A stretch of DNA of 64,000 nt from Chrysomallon squamiferum (taxonomy: Eukaryota > Animalia > Mollusca), in the NCBI GenBank assembly GCA_012295275.1, contig CM022667.1, positions 248,001-312,000 on the forward strand. The letters are read 5' to 3'. A model generated the notes under the pieces. That model saw only the letters and a list, made by a program, of their open reading frames with translations, ran no database searches and had not been told where the DNA came from. Every line of letters begins with the position of its first letter. Positions within the stretch are counted from its first letter, which is position 1. Of this stretch, positions 42,709 through 56,377 are shown one piece after another. The position numbers and the translations under genes are program-made.

Positions 42709-44636
42709 TTAGGCAATGTAATTTACAAAACCGGGGAAAAAAAAACAACAATTTAAAATAATAATTTCTTACTGAATTGTTACGATTTTTCAGTTGATGT
42801 ATGTATATGTGTGCGTGCGTGCATGTGCATGCCTGTGTTTGTGTGTGCAAGATATAAAATGCGACACTAAAGATTTGGGAAAATGGCGATTTTACAGACT
42901 TTTATGTGTGTGTGTCTGTGCGTGCGTGTGTATGTATGTATGTGTGTAGACATGCATGTACGTATGTATGTTTGTGTATGTAATGAATTATGTGTGTGTT
43001 TGTATGTGTGTGTGTGTGTTTTACGTTTGTGTGTGTGTGTCTTTTAGGTTTTCTCTCTTTTTCTCAATCAATCCGTCTTGCGTTTAAGCGTAATCTGCTT
43101 TTAAAAATAAAAAAACGATCGTTAGTAATGAAAAGACATTTTGGCTGACAATGCTTATTACAGATTAAAAGTCCTTAAACTGAATCGGTTATCCGATTAG
43201 CTCAATTATGCTTCAGGTATTAAATGAACACACACACAAAAAAAAAAAAACACAACAAAAAATTAACGAAAAATACAAGAATGAATAACTCGGCAAGAGA
43301 AATCTTTCATAATTAGATGTCTGAACCGTTTTCGCGCCTACGTTAATCTATCGCCGATTGGGTCATTAATATTTCAGTCTTAATGGATTATAAAATCTGG
43401 ATTCGGTAAGTATTCCTTAAGAGCAGAAAGACTTCGTCATTTTGAGAATTAAGGTGGCTTATTCGCATCGTAAACTGAGCGAGTGGATAGTGTGTGCAGG
43501 ATTAATCAGGCGTGTATTTAAGTGGCAGTCGTGCCTGAACTCACCTGCAAGAGGTGCTATAATCGTTTTCACAGATTTTAAGTGTCTACATGTAGGTGCA
43601 GGAAATATTTTCATTTAATTTGTCACAGTTTACATGTGTGAGTTGGCGAGGTATAAAATATACGATGCTACATATATGGACTCTCTGCAATATTTTCTCA
43701 CATTTAATATTTATCACATAATCAGTGCTATAGAATATTTTAAAAGACAAGAAACCAAAACTACTTTTTTTTTTTAAACAAAATTTTATTACTTGATTCC
43801 TTTACGGATTATGGCATTTACATGAATATCAATAATGTATATTATATGAAAGCCTATGTTGATAAATATGATTGTAAAGAATAAATATAAAATTAACCCA
43901 CACATACACTAAAAATAAAAAAAAAAAAAAAAAATAAAAAGAATAATAATAAAAAGAATAAATAGAACAAAGATTACTATAAAATTCAAAATAAACATAT
44001 TTACCAAAGAACACAAAAATCTGCTATTATGCCACACATACTAATTTTCATACATTCTTACAATATATTAGATATATCAAAACAATTCTTGAAATTTAAA
44101 CAGTTAATTTTGATTTATTTTCATAACGTTGTAAACTATATGAATAAATTTCAAGTCAAAAACGAAACAACCAATCTTTTATAAATGTAACAGATGCAAA
44201 TCTGAAGTTATATGAAGAGACTGCAATGTTTCAGTATTACATACACATAAATATTTGATGTAGAATAGAAAAAGGGACTAATGTTCATACAAAATCGATA
44301 ATAAAAATACAAGTCTTAACAATGTATAATTTTATATATAAATATATATTCACCTATAACTTTGTGCTTTCACCATTAAGAAAATAAGAAATTTAAAATA
44401 ATAATACAATATATAATTTATTAAAATAAATCATTTCTCTTTCTCGGCAGTCCAAAAATAGTACTAAATGACAAAACATACATTTTTTTGTTGGTATACA
44501 AATTAATTTCCAAAACTGAAATATATTATTTATAAATGGAGACAAAATTCAATACTAATGTATCATAAAGTGTCAATAAGTTACACTAGTATATACACCT
44601 ATTTAATAAACACATTTTCTAATAAATGAATTGCCT

Positions 44637-47600
44637 TCAGTGCCACATGCGCACAATTCCAAGACAGATTCCTGCACATGTCAATACAGTTCCTGAAATT
44701 AAAAAAAAAAATGAAAAAATGAAATCCTGAATGTTATAATACACTTCTGCAGAATGGTTAAATATTTGCTTATTTCTAAAAATAATTTCAAAACCCCCAG
44801 AAAACTTCCAAATAATCAGTGTCTTGAAGACAAAAATTAACCAGAATGACAGAGTATGTCTGTACCTCTTGCAGGCAGGTATGCCTACAAAACCAGGGTG
44901 AAATCTACTTACAAAAGGACATAAATGTTTTATCATCTGGCATCCAGAGATGTAAAATGAATATGCATAAATTGAAGCTAATGTGGACTAAATAATAAAT
45001 AACTGACAGAATGTATGTTGAAGTTATTACCTTTTTTTTTTTTTTGTGGAAAGGCATTTGAAAATTAAAAAATAAAAACATGTTTCACATGCTGAATTTT
45101 GTATCATTCCAATGTTATTTCAATAAATCTGTGTAACCTTTGAATAATTATATTATGTCATTAAATAATTTTACCGGCTGAATATTTAAAGACATCATTT
45201 CTGTACTGTTCGTATGTTGTTCTGAGATGTGCAACTTCCGTTTCAATTTTATTGTGTAGCTGTTGCAGTTTCTTTTCATTCTCTGCATGCTGTAACAAAA
45301 ACACTTTATTTCTTTCAAGAAATGTAAAGAAAAACATAAGATACAGAAAAATCTTTTATTTTAAAACATAATGGAGAAATAAGTTAAAAAAATGAAAATC
45401 GCTGGTATAACAGCAATATTAGTATTTCTTTATTTCATTAAAAAGATATCAAAGTGTTTACTATTTAAAAAGAATCATTATTTTATATATGACATCTGAT
45501 AACAATTGATATTAAAAATGGTTACTTAAAATCAACATTTATTCCTAATTTTTCTTTTGCACCCAAAGATGATGACTAAATAATACAAATGTTAACATAT
45601 AAACACCTAAAGATGTAGATAGATGAGACTGTTAATTAATAAAGCCATCAAGAGTTTAAATAAAAACATACAGCTGTTTTAAAACAAAATGAAACAGAAG
45701 AGGACAGCATTAAGAAAAGCAATAGAGAGAAACTGTATGTAATGCAGTAGAGAGAAACTGTATGTAATGTAAGAGAGAAACTGTATGTAATGCAGTAGAG
45801 AGAAACTGTATGTAATGTAATAGAGAGAAACTGTATGTAATGCAGTAGAGAGAAACTGTATGTAATGTAATAGAGAGAAACTGTATGTAATGCAGTAGAG
45901 GTTGTATATATAGAGAGAAACTGTATGTTGCAATGAGATTTTAATTAATTTCATCAGAGAAACATGTAATGCAGCAGAGAGAAACTGTATGTAATTTAAT
46001 AGATGAAACTGTTGTAATGCAATAGAGAGAAACTGTATGTAATGTAAAAAAGAAAAATGTAATGTAAAAGAGAGAAACTGTATATAATAATAGAGAAACT
46101 GTATGTAATGTAATAGAGAGAGAAACTGTATGTAATGTAATAAGAGAAACTGTATGTAAATAAGAGAAAATAAATAAATAAATATGTAATGTAATAGAGA
46201 GAAACTGTATGTAATGTAATAGAGAGAAACTGTAAGAAATGCAGTAGAGAGAAACTGTATGTAATGCAACTTACTGCTTCCACCGCTCTGCTGCGCTCCA
46301 GGTTTATATCAAGAGTTATCTTTCCTGAGATTTTAATTATTTCATCATGTAACATGTCTCTCAGCTGTTTGATTTCATATGATTGTTTCTGAAAAAAATA
46401 ATAAAATAAATGATAATAATAATAATAAAATAAATAAATATATAAATAAATAATTAAAAAACCCAACAATAAACTAATATCTGTTGGGCATGGGCAGTTA
46501 GTTATTGGACTGACGGTAAACATGGATGTCTCCAAAAACATTTTGTCACTGTATATAAGAACATAAAAAATGTTGCAAATAAACGATAGTAACCAATTTG
46601 TTTTTCAGTCTTTGGAAGTTTTATCGGAACAAAAGACGTAACATATTTAATTATATAAGCTCACTGAAAAACAAAAATATTTTTCTTTAAATGTGTGTGT
46701 GTGTGGGTGTGTGTGACTGCATGCATGTGTAAATATACATGTGACAGACAGATATATACATAATTCACATACCTCTGTTTCATTTCTCAAGGTTGAGAAT
46801 TCTGTTTTCTGAAGAAGAACCATGTCTTTTTTAACAGAAATAATCTCAGACATCATCTGCTGGACAATAATTTCCTAGAACAAAATAACATGGAAGACTT
46901 AAATATATATTTATTTTGATTTCTTCTGCTGTGTGGCAGGGGCCAAGATAAAAAAAACACACTTAAAGCATAACGATTTTTAAATTAATATTCTTTGATC
47001 AGATAGATTATCCAGTCATCTATCAATATTATATATTGCTCATTATAAAACTGTAATTCCTAAACCAATGAAAAATTTTAATTTATAAAAAGAAAATAAA
47101 GAAACAATGGTTACAAATATTTCTTTATTTATATAAATTTTTAATAATCGTATTTTAATTGCAACCATTAATTTCCTATATGCCTGATGTGTGCATGAGT
47201 TTAAATATTAATTTTAAGGATCATGTGTTTTATATAAGTATTTTAAATTATATAAAAATAATATATCAATGTGTAAAAGAAAAATCTCAAGATACCGTCT
47301 GTTTACCTGCTGTAATTTTGTTACCATGTGTCGTGCCTGATGTTCAAGTGTTGTGTTAACAACATCAGTAAGACACTGTGTCAAACCTTCAGCACTTTCT
47401 CGAGAAAATCCTGAAAAATATTTTTATTCACATTTAAACATCTATTGAAGACTTAGAAACTTTTTCTGTCAAAAATTGCAGACTAAAACATCTATCTTAA
47501 TGTTAAGGAAAGGAGGATATTTTAATTTTAATTTAAAAAAAGAATAAAAATTTGTAATGACACATTCAAACAAATTGATCTAAGATTATAATGCTGCTGG

Positions 47601-48141
47601 ACATGTGATTATGCATCACTCGGATAATGGGAGAAGTAACTCTTTACTTCCATATCATGGACTATTCTTTTCAATCAGCAGCAAAAATTATTTTATAAGC
47701 ACTATTCCATAGACAGAATAGTACATACCATGGCCTTTGTTAAACCAGTACTAGGGCACTGGCAGAAACAAGTCTTAGTATGAAGATATTACTATTACAA
47801 CTAAATAATAAACATTAATTTAAACAAACAAATGCTTTAATAACAGATGGTAAAGTCGTTTTGTTATCCACAGCTTTGTTCCAAAATCTTTAAAAACTCT
47901 GACAGTCTCAGGGGGCAATTTGAGAATCATGTCATTAAAGAATGGTAAATGATAAAAACTTGCCATGTTTTTCTAATGTTCTGGCTACTGCTAATGTATC
48001 CAAGTAATGTACTTGTTTTACAGTTGAAGGGTCAACTCGTCTGGCATCCACTATAAGTGTTTCTGAATTATCTACAATTAATGTGAAAAATTAAATTGAA
48101 ATTAAAAATTCAAACAAATATTTGGATAAACATATCTGTGG

Positions 48142-48177
<36 letters not shown>

Positions 48178-48979
48178 GAACAATGCAGAGAATTCAAGTA
48201 AATGGACATACACTGTTATAATTAACTTTAATAAATAAACTAAACAAAGTTTTAAAAAAAAGAGTAGAATTCATATGGACAATAATAAAAATGAAAAAAA
48301 AAAAAAAAAAAAGATGTAAACACTGTTCTTAAACTTTAACGAATTTATTTTTCTAATGTAGTAATATTACGAAATATTTCTGTAAAGGTCAGATAAAATA
48401 TTAAATAATTAAAACCTACGAATTATTACCATATAAGTATAAAGATATTATTAAGCAGTCTTTTCTTTCAATTTTCATGTTTTAATGTAACAACCATTTT
48501 ATTTTATTAAATATAGTTTAATTTCAACATAATAGATATATGTTTATTTGCCAAAGAATAAAAACAACAGAACTGCTGTAATAGAATGTTTCAGTACCTC
48601 TGAAAGTAAGAATTGTGGCTATTTCTGTGTGTGACCAAGTATTTCGTCATGTTTTCGAGATTACCTTATTACGTTCAGATTTCGGAAATTTAATGACAAC
48701 TCTTGCAATTTTTCTGTTATCTCACTTTAAATTTTAAAAAGATATAAAATATATATATATAAAATTCTTACCTGGAGTTTCTGTTATCGAATTTTTAACA
48801 CATGTCTGACTAGATGGTAAACTGTAGTTGCGTTGAACTGTAACACGGACACCTGAGTCTGAGATTGGAACATTAATTTTCGGTTTTCTCACTGACAATT
48901 GTTTAGTTAGAAGTGTTAAAGTTTTTGACATTGATCGATTACATAAAACTAGACACAGGCGGACCATATTCACATTCAT
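44637..48979 (-). CDS. MCUR1: Mitochondrial calcium uniporter regulator 1 / CCDC90 family protein (DUF1640), ~268 aa
   Basis: Exons (minus): 48979-48772, 48071-47964, 47410-47307, 46874-46773, 46388-46275, 45289-45175, 44692-44637 (807 nt). Features: basic presequence-like N-terminus; LDTLAVARTLEKHGFSRESAE head; MVTKLQQEIIVQQMMSEIISVKKDMVLLQKTEFSTLRNETEK; LDINLERSR; NKIETEVAHLRT; C-terminal TM GTVLTCAGICLGIVRMWH*. It is probably co-orthologous to vertebrate MCUR1 and CCDC90B, so the symbol is approximate. Confidence 0.92.
45717..46268. repeat. ~25-bp minisatellite (TAGAGAGAAACTGTATGTAATG(CAG/TAA)), roughly 20 copies, in MCUR1 intron 5
   Basis: Seen directly; it generates spurious ORF 45679..46269 and the tail of ORF 45996..46541. 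Confidence 0.95.
47595..47775 (-). mobile_element. SINE fragment, the longest copy in the window, in MCUR1 intron 2
   Basis: CATGGACTATTCTTTTCAATCAGCAGCAAAAATTATTTTATAAGCACTATTCCATAGACAGAATAGTACATACCATGGCCTTTGTTAAACCAGT; its core is shared with 12683-12752. Confidence 0.65.
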
Positions 48980-50121
48980 AAAACTTACTTAAAATGTTTC
49001 AAAGATTTTACTTCAACAAGAAACAGTATTCACATGTTTTTAAACTCCGTGCAATTTCACGATAGTAAATTATCTACCCTTGCCATTTGACACATTGCAC
49101 TAAAATAATAAAAAAAATATTAAATTTTCATTCTAACAAATTCGGAAGGAAATTGTTGTAAAATATAATATAAATGACAGTAAATCTTAATTTTACATAT
49201 GAATTTTATATCCTTATTTGTTAAGTTTCTTTCGAGGGGTTTTTCCATGCCGTAAGCGATATGAACGTTTTTAAACTCCAGGGGTAATCTCAAAAGCAAT
49301 ATTACAAACGGTGACATTTTACTAATCGGCATAATTTGCTATTGACAGCTAATAAAATAAATTAACGAAGCAATGAATTATTCTGTCGTAAATATTAGAA
49401 ATAATAATAAAGGTTTTTCCAGATTTGTTTTCATTTAAACCATGCGCATTTTGCTTTCAACTTTGATCATTCATTTTAAATTTCAGTTATTCATGCACTA
49501 ACTTGGAGGTTTCTGATAGCATTTTATAGTCCTTTGTTCTCATAATTTAAAGATAACTCATAAAATAAAATAAAAGATCTGGTCTGCAAAACTGGACATT
49601 CAAAATTAAATTTATAACTATTTATAGTTCATTTGGGAACTAGATCATGTATCAAGTCTTTTTCAGACAAATATAAAAATAACATTAAAATAGAAACAAA
49701 CTCAGTGAAATAACCGATACATTTATTGTCAGAAATGTTTGTAACAAATGTTGAAGAATAAATATATCAAAGTTGTGCTGAAAATATGTTAACATGAGGT
49801 GAATTACTACAAGGCAAAATACTTTTTGTGTTTAATTTGTATAAATAAAATGGTGACAAATAATTCTTTATCATGGATAAACAAAAAATAAAAATAAAAT
49901 AATAATAATAATAAAACAAATAAATAAAATAATGCCAAACTTCAAAAATATTATTATCAATACTAGTAGTGCAGAGATATAGTTATTTGCATCAGTTATA
50001 AATGTCATCCATCTTGTATTTTTTAAGATTAATAATGATGATGATAATAATAATAATAATAAAGAATACTGTAAATAATGAAATAAATTTTTCATTTTTT
50101 CAATTATTTAATTGTGTGGGC

Positions 50122-50188
<67 letters not shown>

Positions 50189-51484
50189 GTAATTCAATTC
50201 CATAGTTTCACTCATCACTTAAGAAAAAAAAAAGAACATAATTACTACATTCTTATAGATTCTGTATTATAACTGCATTTAATCTATTACAGATTTAAAA
50301 AAAAAAGAATAAAAGTAAATCTCCTGAAAAAACAATGAATTTTATCAAGTACAATCTATAATTTGATATTTACATCATTGCATTAAGTAAATAATTTTTT
50401 TTTCATTTTTATCTTTTAACAATTGTACAAATTGAGCTAGTTATCAAGAGCAATCACAGTATTTATGAGTAATTTACCAAAAACTAAAAAATAACGTTTA
50501 AAAATTTGTAATCAGAAAATAACATAATAGAAGTAATTACAAATACCATAAAATGTTCTGTAAACACTGTTTATTAACCAATCACTTTAAAAATAATAAA
50601 ATTTTATTTCACTAACATTTATTTAATTTAGAAATTTATTATAAATTTAAAAAAATAATCTTCTAACATGGAGAAACAAATAGAAAATTAATAATGTGAT
50701 CAAAAGCTGACACTGATGTTCCTTATATGTACACAAGTAAAATTGTTTTTTGTTTTTGCTCTTGTTTTCTATTAATATTTTTGACTTTGATAATGGTAAT
50801 ATGAACAAATGGCCTAAATATTTATCACATGCTACCAAATTTTAAACTATAAGGCCAATGTATATATTTACTTGTTTAATTTGTAATAAAAATCTGCTTC
50901 TACATATTCATAAGATTTATTTTTTTAAGTCATTTATTATCAAAAAGTTGCTTTTAGAAACAAAGAAATAATTACTAAGAGAACAAAAGGATAATATTTA
51001 ATATCATAACCAAAATAACATAACAAGTTCATGAAAATCCAGAGTATTTATATCTGCTGCAAATCAGGAAAAAAAAGTTTTGAGCTATCTGAAAGCCAAA
51101 TAAATTTCATTAACAGTCTGACAAAGTGAATATTAATGCAAAAATCATTTGGCTGAAATAAAACAATATTTAGACTGTAGAGAAAATCTGTAAATAACAT
51201 AACTGAACCCTGAATAAAATAAATAATACAAAAGAATCAGTTGCAAGACTTAGGTGCAAGTGTAGATAGTAAAGTGCATGCATGCAATGATAAGAAAAAA
51301 CTAAAATGTCTGCATATCTGTGTGTATGTATATATATATATGCACACACACACACACACACATATATATACAGACATTAAACAGAGTTATCACAGGTCAC
51401 CACCTCAGACAAACTGCAAATTATATTACACATTTTTTTTTTTTTCATGGTACAAAGTTATGATCTTCAATGTCACAGAAGAAG

Positions 51485-51515
<31 letters not shown>

Positions 51516-51589
51516 GTAAATTGCTCAGCACAGGGACAAACATATAATTGAAAAATATCTGCACCATCTCCTGAGTAGACTAGCAAAAA

Positions 51590-54393
51590 TCAAGAACTAT
51601 TTTTGCTAGACACGTCTTTGTGGTACTTTTCATGAAGGTATTTCTTGTAGGCAGCTTTATTTGACCATAAATCGGCAGCATGTGTATTCAGTGGGCTGTC
51701 AATGTTAGGTTCTGAAAGAGAAAGCAAAATGAAATTAAATAATGATAATAATCAGTTTGAGAACAAATGGCAGGTGTTCAAAAATATATATATATGTTTT
51801 TAATAATATAGTTTGTAATCATTTCAAAATAACAAAAAATAAATAAATAAAAATTAACAAAAATTATATCGGGTTATCATAGACACCAAAGAAGTTTGAT
51901 TATGAACTTTTTATTTATCAACAAATTAAATGTTTTTATTGTGTATAAAAAAGTTAGCTATACAAAAATTAAATATAAAAAAGTTTTCATTTCAAAAAAT
52001 AACAAAAATAAATAAAAAAAATAAAAAATAAAATAATATAAAAAGTAACAGAATGAAAAACAAAAAAAAAAAAAGAGAAAAAACAAAAAAAGTACAAAAT
52101 TAAAATTGTACATTTTCTCTTCAACAAACTTATTTATTTATACAGTGCTGGTATTCTGTTTCATTTTGAGTAAGTTTTCATTTTCTCAAATCTTGCTGGT
52201 TTAATTTATTAACCTAACAAAATAACAAGATGAAAACATTTTGAGTATATTTTGTATATAATCATAATTCACTGACCTGCAAGTAGACTCTGAATGGAAA
52301 GTAGGATTGTTCGAACATCATAAAGAGCAGACCACTTTTCATTTAGAATATCTAAACATATATTCCCATGATTGTCAACATTAGGGTGGTAACATGGTGT
52401 TTCAAACTTTACTGTTGGTGCCTTATATGGATATCCACTGGGAAATTCCAAAGACAGTTTATATTTGAGACCTTCATATAACTGAAATGAAAAATTATTT
52501 CACTGAACACAAATAATGTTTTTATAATACAAGTTCTTTTCTCAGAAATACAAGTATATGCCAGGTAAGCAAAAATTTCAACCATCCATAAAAAGAATGA
52601 ATTATATATATATATATATAGATATTTATATGGTGTTTAATATATCAGTTTTTAATTTATAATTAATGTAATGGGGTTTTGTATATTTATTCTTTACAGA
52701 TTCACAAAAAATGAATTTGACAGGCCAACACTGCAACATTTCAGTCTGTTTTTATTACACAGTTCCATAATTAATGTCATGCAAACAGAACACAGGATTA
52801 TATATTTACTATGGAATGGCTTAAGTTTTCACTTATTAAAATACTGTTTCTTAAATTTGTACAAAACAAAAATTAATCTTCTTACTGTTCCTTTACCACC
52901 TTCCATTGTTCCAATCCATCGAAAAAGATTATCACCATCAGGAAATGCAGACACACCAGAATCTCCACAAGTCTTAAAATAACAATAACAACAATAATAA
53001 ATATTTTTGAAAAAATAATATAAAATTAATTAGTCAAAACAGCCTTAAATTCTTTTTTAAACTGTAAGTCTATACAAGCCAGTTAATGAAAATAAATCAA
53101 AACTTAAAGAAATATAAATTATATATCCTTTAAATCAAATAATCCGTTAAAACATTTTTATTATGTGAAATATCTGCCTTTTTTTTTTTTATGAAGTTAA
53201 TACTATGATTTGAATTTTTTTTTTAAACTTGTTGAATAAACCTACCAGTAATGTCATGAGATCCTGCTGTAATCTGAAAATAATAAAGACAACAATGATG
53301 ATTAAAATTTAAAATATATAAATAATAAATAAAAAATATTAATGGAACAAAATATATTTATTTTGAGAATACTAAAGCCTAGTTTATGAATGCAAATGCA
53401 GTTAAAATGTATTTAATATACTATAAATATTTATTTAAATGATTTGGCCACATCAGTAAAATATGCATTACAGCTTATTAAACCTTCTGAGACACACATT
53501 TTCATCTCATTCTCAGATGATTAGCAAAACTTTAGATTGATTCATTTACACTAAGAGCTGCAGTTTGTTCTTAAAATTCAGGAATGTTAGATTCACAGTT
53601 AATTTCGTTTGTATTTTCTACTTTTTCTGTGTTTTATAAAGTAACTTTTGCTATGTATTTAACAAGTTATGGCTTGTCAGGAATAAACTTTGTGATAAAA
53701 AGGTCAACATTTTCTTTTTTGAAGATTAAATGGACAGTGTGATTTGAGCTCTAATACTGAAATTAGGCAGGTCACAAGATCAATTCTTCCCACTACCACT
53801 TCCAGTTAGAGAATGTCCTATGTCCAAAGGTTTTCGTTGGTCCTTCCATATGTAAGAGAATGTTCATTTAAAAGGTGTCTTGGGGCTAACTAAGCAGTGC
53901 ACTAAATTTACCCTCAAGAATCAGTACATACATTGATGTCTGACATTTAAATTTTAATGAGAAATTGTTAAAACTTAAATTCTCATTTACACACAAACGT
54001 ATTAACAATATCACTAAATGTGTAAAATCTAAATTTAGTTAAACTCAAAATTAATCTAGAAAAACAGAATTTTGAACAGCCATACTCATACCCAGTTTTA
54101 CCTGTTATAGAAAAAAATGAAAAAGTTGAAATTTGAATATGTTTGGGTCATATTAACAGAATTTCATTAAATACCTAAATTAAAAGGTATATTCAGAGGA
54201 TTATTACCATATTTGCATCAGGATGTATCGAGTTACACTTTAATCAATATATTGAATATTTAAAATTGGAAAACAAAAATTTGCGCGTTTCTCACCTTTT
54301 GCTAACTGAATGATTGTCTTTTGTCGATGTCGTTTTGTTTGTTTTATTTTTTGAAGAAGGCGACATAACATCAACATTATAGGCTGTAGCCAT
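51590..54393 (-). CDS. UBE2C: Ubiquitin-conjugating enzyme E2 C (UbcH10/E2-C), 179 aa
   Basis: Exons (minus): 54393-54296, 53273-53246, 52972-52886, 52481-52277, 51711-51590 (540 nt). Translation: [15 protein letters not shown]...[127 protein letters not shown]...NSS*. It has the HPN motif, the catalytic Cys, and the UBE2C-type N-extension and [19 protein letters not shown]. Confidence 0.97.
53735..53890 (+). mobile_element. Highly degenerate SINE-like fragment in UBE2C intron 1
   Basis: Locally GC-richer stretch (GTCACAAGATCAATTC...TTCCAG...CAAAGG...TGTTCATTTAAAAGGTGTCTTG) with loose similarity to the reverse complement of the 47.6-47.8 kb element. Confidence 0.3.
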
Positions 54394-54469
54394 GCTTGAT
54401 TAATTGCAAGTGGAATGTATGATAGAAAAAAAAAACTTCTTTCTTTCCTCTCGCTTTCTCTTAAGGGCT

Positions 54470-54530
54470 GGTTTAAACCTACTAAACGGAAAGAACCAAT
54501 TGAACGAATGGTCACAAATATATCCAATCA
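54470..54530 (-). promoter_or_regulatory. UBE2C proximal promoter: two CCAAT boxes and a CHR-like TTTAAA
   Basis: CCAAT at 54496-54500 and 54524-54528; GGTTTAAACC palindrome at 54470-54479; all 80-135 nt upstream of the ATG. Confidence 0.5.
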
Positions 54531-54626
54531 AATCTGCTGTCTCTATTCTCCGGATGCCTTAAAAATTAGGGACCATTCAGTGTATAAAATGTATTAAGGG
54601 GTTTTCTCAAAACTATAAATGTAAAA

Positions 54627-54682
<56 letters not shown>

Positions 54683-56029
54683 TGATGATGATGATGATGA
54701 TGATGAAAACTGGAGATGTACTCTATGCAAGATACAGTAAACAGTTAATTCCAACTACCATACCTGATGTTATTCCATTATAAAACTAATATGCAAATAT
54801 TACTCCTACCTTAAAGGAATATGATATATATTAATGAAATGAAATAAAATAAAATAAAATAGAATAAAATAAATTTAAATAATTTGTATCTTCATCGTCG
54901 TACCAGTTAATTGTAGTTCATTGTTCACAGAGTGCTGGTTTGAGACATGATCGGTCGCAGTTTAAAAATAATTAATATAATTAATATTATTAGTCCCAAA
55001 TAGTCTTTAAAACAACAACAACCACAACAAAAACAAACCAACATAAATAAATAAATAACAGACAAAAAGCAGACAAAATTTAAAAAAAAAAAAAAAAAAT
55101 GACCACGCAAATGAACTTTAAACAATGATTTCCTTAGAAAAGTAAGATAGAAAACCAATCAACCTTACAGGTGTATATTCTTGCCGAATAAATAAATAAT
55201 ACAGAATAGTAAATCTTTCAGAGACATCATGGATATTTTTAATTTTCATGTAACATAATTCTTTTTGTAAAAGTATAATATGTATTCGGAAAATTTATAA
55301 AATATTTTAATAAATATAAAATGGGACGCTATTTATTAATTTAACGGGGGGGGGGAAGAATTAATAAAAAAAAAAGACTTAAATTTCGTATTTCTTATTT
55401 TATTGGGGGGAATAAATAAATAAATAAATCTAAAATCAGTGCATTATTTTTAAGATAAATTTTAATATTAAAACCTAATTATAACAGAAAATTCATTCAT
55501 TCTAAAGAGAAAAAAGCGACTGAGAATAAATTAAAATAAAAACCATAACAACAGTTAAATAGAAAATGAACATACAAATCTTTTGTAAAAACCATTAGAT
55601 AATTTCTTTATACCCCCATCTTTTGATTAATTTAATGTACGATGCATTCAAAAACTTTTAAAATACATAAAAATAATCAATCATAAAAGTGAAACAAAAA
55701 CTAAAATAATCAGTTAATTAATTAACTATATTAAAAGTAAAAATAAACTAAAAAGTTAACAAAGAGCACCTGTATTCACATAAGAAAACTGAAAAATATG
55801 TGATAAATACATTTCTTTATTTATGTATATATTTATTTTAATTAAAATTATTTTTTGAATGATTTCATTAATAATAATCAATGTTTTTAAAACAAATATG
55901 TCTTCTTCCTGATTATCGTTAACTTTTTTGACAAAATCCGTAAATCATATATAATCACGCATTATGTAATGTATTTTTTTTACAAAGGTGACAAATTATT
56001 ATAATAGATATAATTATATCAATAGGAAC

Positions 56030-56130
56030 TCAGCCAATGTACACCTTTTATTTGTCTAATAATGTTTGGTTGATAAAGCACCCTTATGATTTTTACCAAC
56101 CAGCAACGTCATTAGTTGATCACGTGATCT
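56030..56130 (+). promoter_or_regulatory. CMIP proximal promoter motifs (CCAAT, half-CRE, palindromic E-box)
   Basis: AGCCAAT ~56032-56038, ACGTCA ~56106, and 12-bp palindrome GATCACGTGATC at 56118-56129. Confidence 0.4.
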
Positions 56131-56377
56131 TGGTCTGGCAGTGTAGGGGAAAACCTAGTGAGATTGCACATGTGTATTACGCTGATAAACTCCATATGTA
56201 CGAAATTTATTTGGATGTACATTGTGGCTGCTAGATCTGGATTACCGTTGTGTTCTGTGGTTGAGTGGATTATCTGATGTATTGATCTGTGGATTTACTG
56301 ATTGTCGTCTGCTACATCTACTGATACAGCGAAACGGATCGTTTCGTTGAGGGTCGAGTCGTAGTGGAAGAGAAAAC

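Noticed and set aside
45679-46269. 196-aa ORF with repeated YIQFLS/ITYSFSLLH
   Set aside because: It is a translation of the 25-bp intronic minisatellite.
49441-49450. NRF1-like CATGCGCAT upstream of MCUR1
   Set aside because: It is only a partial site and the TSS is unknown.
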